15,724 nucleotides of DNA from positions 40,907 to 56,630 of the forward strand of contig JBFMGO010000027.1 in NCBI GenBank assembly GCA_040752695.1, read 5' to 3'. Both the position numbers and the translations under genes were made by a program. The notes under the pieces are model-generated. The model was not told where the DNA came from, did no database searches, and saw only the letters and a program-made list of their open reading frames with translations. Position 1 is the stretch's first letter. The number at the start of each line of letters is the position of its first letter. Shown here piece by piece: positions 15,260 through 15,724 of the stretch. Source of the DNA: a bacterium. GTDB taxonomy: Bacteria > SZUA-182 > DTGQ01.

Positions 15260-15349
15260 GTTAACCTAGTTATCCAAGTTAATCAGGTTAACCAGGTTGT
15301 CCAAATTAACCAGGTTATCCAAGTTAAACAAGTTACCCAGGTTATCCAG
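15260..15349. repeat. 9-bp tandem repeat x10 (consensus GTTAWCCAR)
   Basis: gttaaccta gttatccaa gttaatcag gttaaccag gttgtccaa attaaccag gttatccaa gttaaacaa gttacccag gttatccag. Confidence 0.92.
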
Positions 15350-15481
15350 ATAAGTCCTTATCGATAAAAGGCACCTCACGAGTGGCTTTCAGGAGAAGAA
15401 AGCCTGATGTAAAATCACCAGGGAAAGCTATCAGCTATAAATGCTATAGGTATAAATATTAAAACGATAATTGCTATAGAT

Positions 15482-15511
15482 AATGTAGTAAATTTCAATA
15501 TTCAGTGTCAA
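15482..15511 (-). promoter_or_regulatory. Candidate sigma70 promoter for the cohesin/dockerin gene
   Basis: Minus strand TTGACA-18 nt-TACATT, about 260 nt upstream of ATG 15221. Confidence 0.45.
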
Positions 15512-15724
15512 GTTGAACTTCCGCATCCTGTACCTGGTTAAAAGGGGAAGAGCGGTTGCCCCCCATCTCCCTTTATAAAGAGGGGAGGCATGGATGCCTT
15601 TGAATAAGGGAGGGAGCCTTGAATATATGGAGGGAGCAGATATACTCTTTATTAAAAGAGCAGGAAAAGATAGCTTTGGTGGCGGATGAATTCCATTGGC
15701 GGGGGGGGGGGGGCCACCCCCCCC

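Noticed and set aside
15260..15349. oriC DnaA-box cluster
   Set aside because: No perfect TTATCCACA, boxes would be abutting, and there is no dnaA or other origin-linked gene in the window.
15697..15724. Poly-G/poly-C tract as a G-quadruplex or phase-variation site
   Set aside because: It sits at the very end of the window and may be a sequencing or contig-end artefact; raw reads are needed.

Overview
Chromosomal window from a Gram-negative bacterium (Deltaproteobacteria-like or candidate phylum; lineage cannot be fixed from sequence alone), in three parts. (1) Left edge, minus strand: a truncated, signal-peptide-bearing Cam-type gamma-carbonic anhydrase that the ORF track missed. (2) 1601-7303, plus strand: PHP hydrolase, YfgM-like TPR protein, an orphan GspM-like protein, then fabZ-lpxA-lpxI-gnnA-like, without lpxD, gnnB or lpxB. 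(3) 8936-15221: three secreted proteins with no recognisable catalytic domain. These are an almost uncharged Gly/Met/Tyr/Thr repeat protein, a 914-aa Ig-like/beta-propeller protein ending in an uncharged W/Y/G/P-rich tail, and a cohesin+dockerin protein whose cohesin appears split by a DUF333 insert. This trio is the best candidate for an undescribed system, a self-assembling non-cellulosomal extracellular scaffold or matrix (inference). Many intergenic spacers carry their own short tandem duplication or long palindrome. No rRNA, tRNA, CRISPR array or mobile element was recognised. Domain calls come from motif recognition, not database searches.
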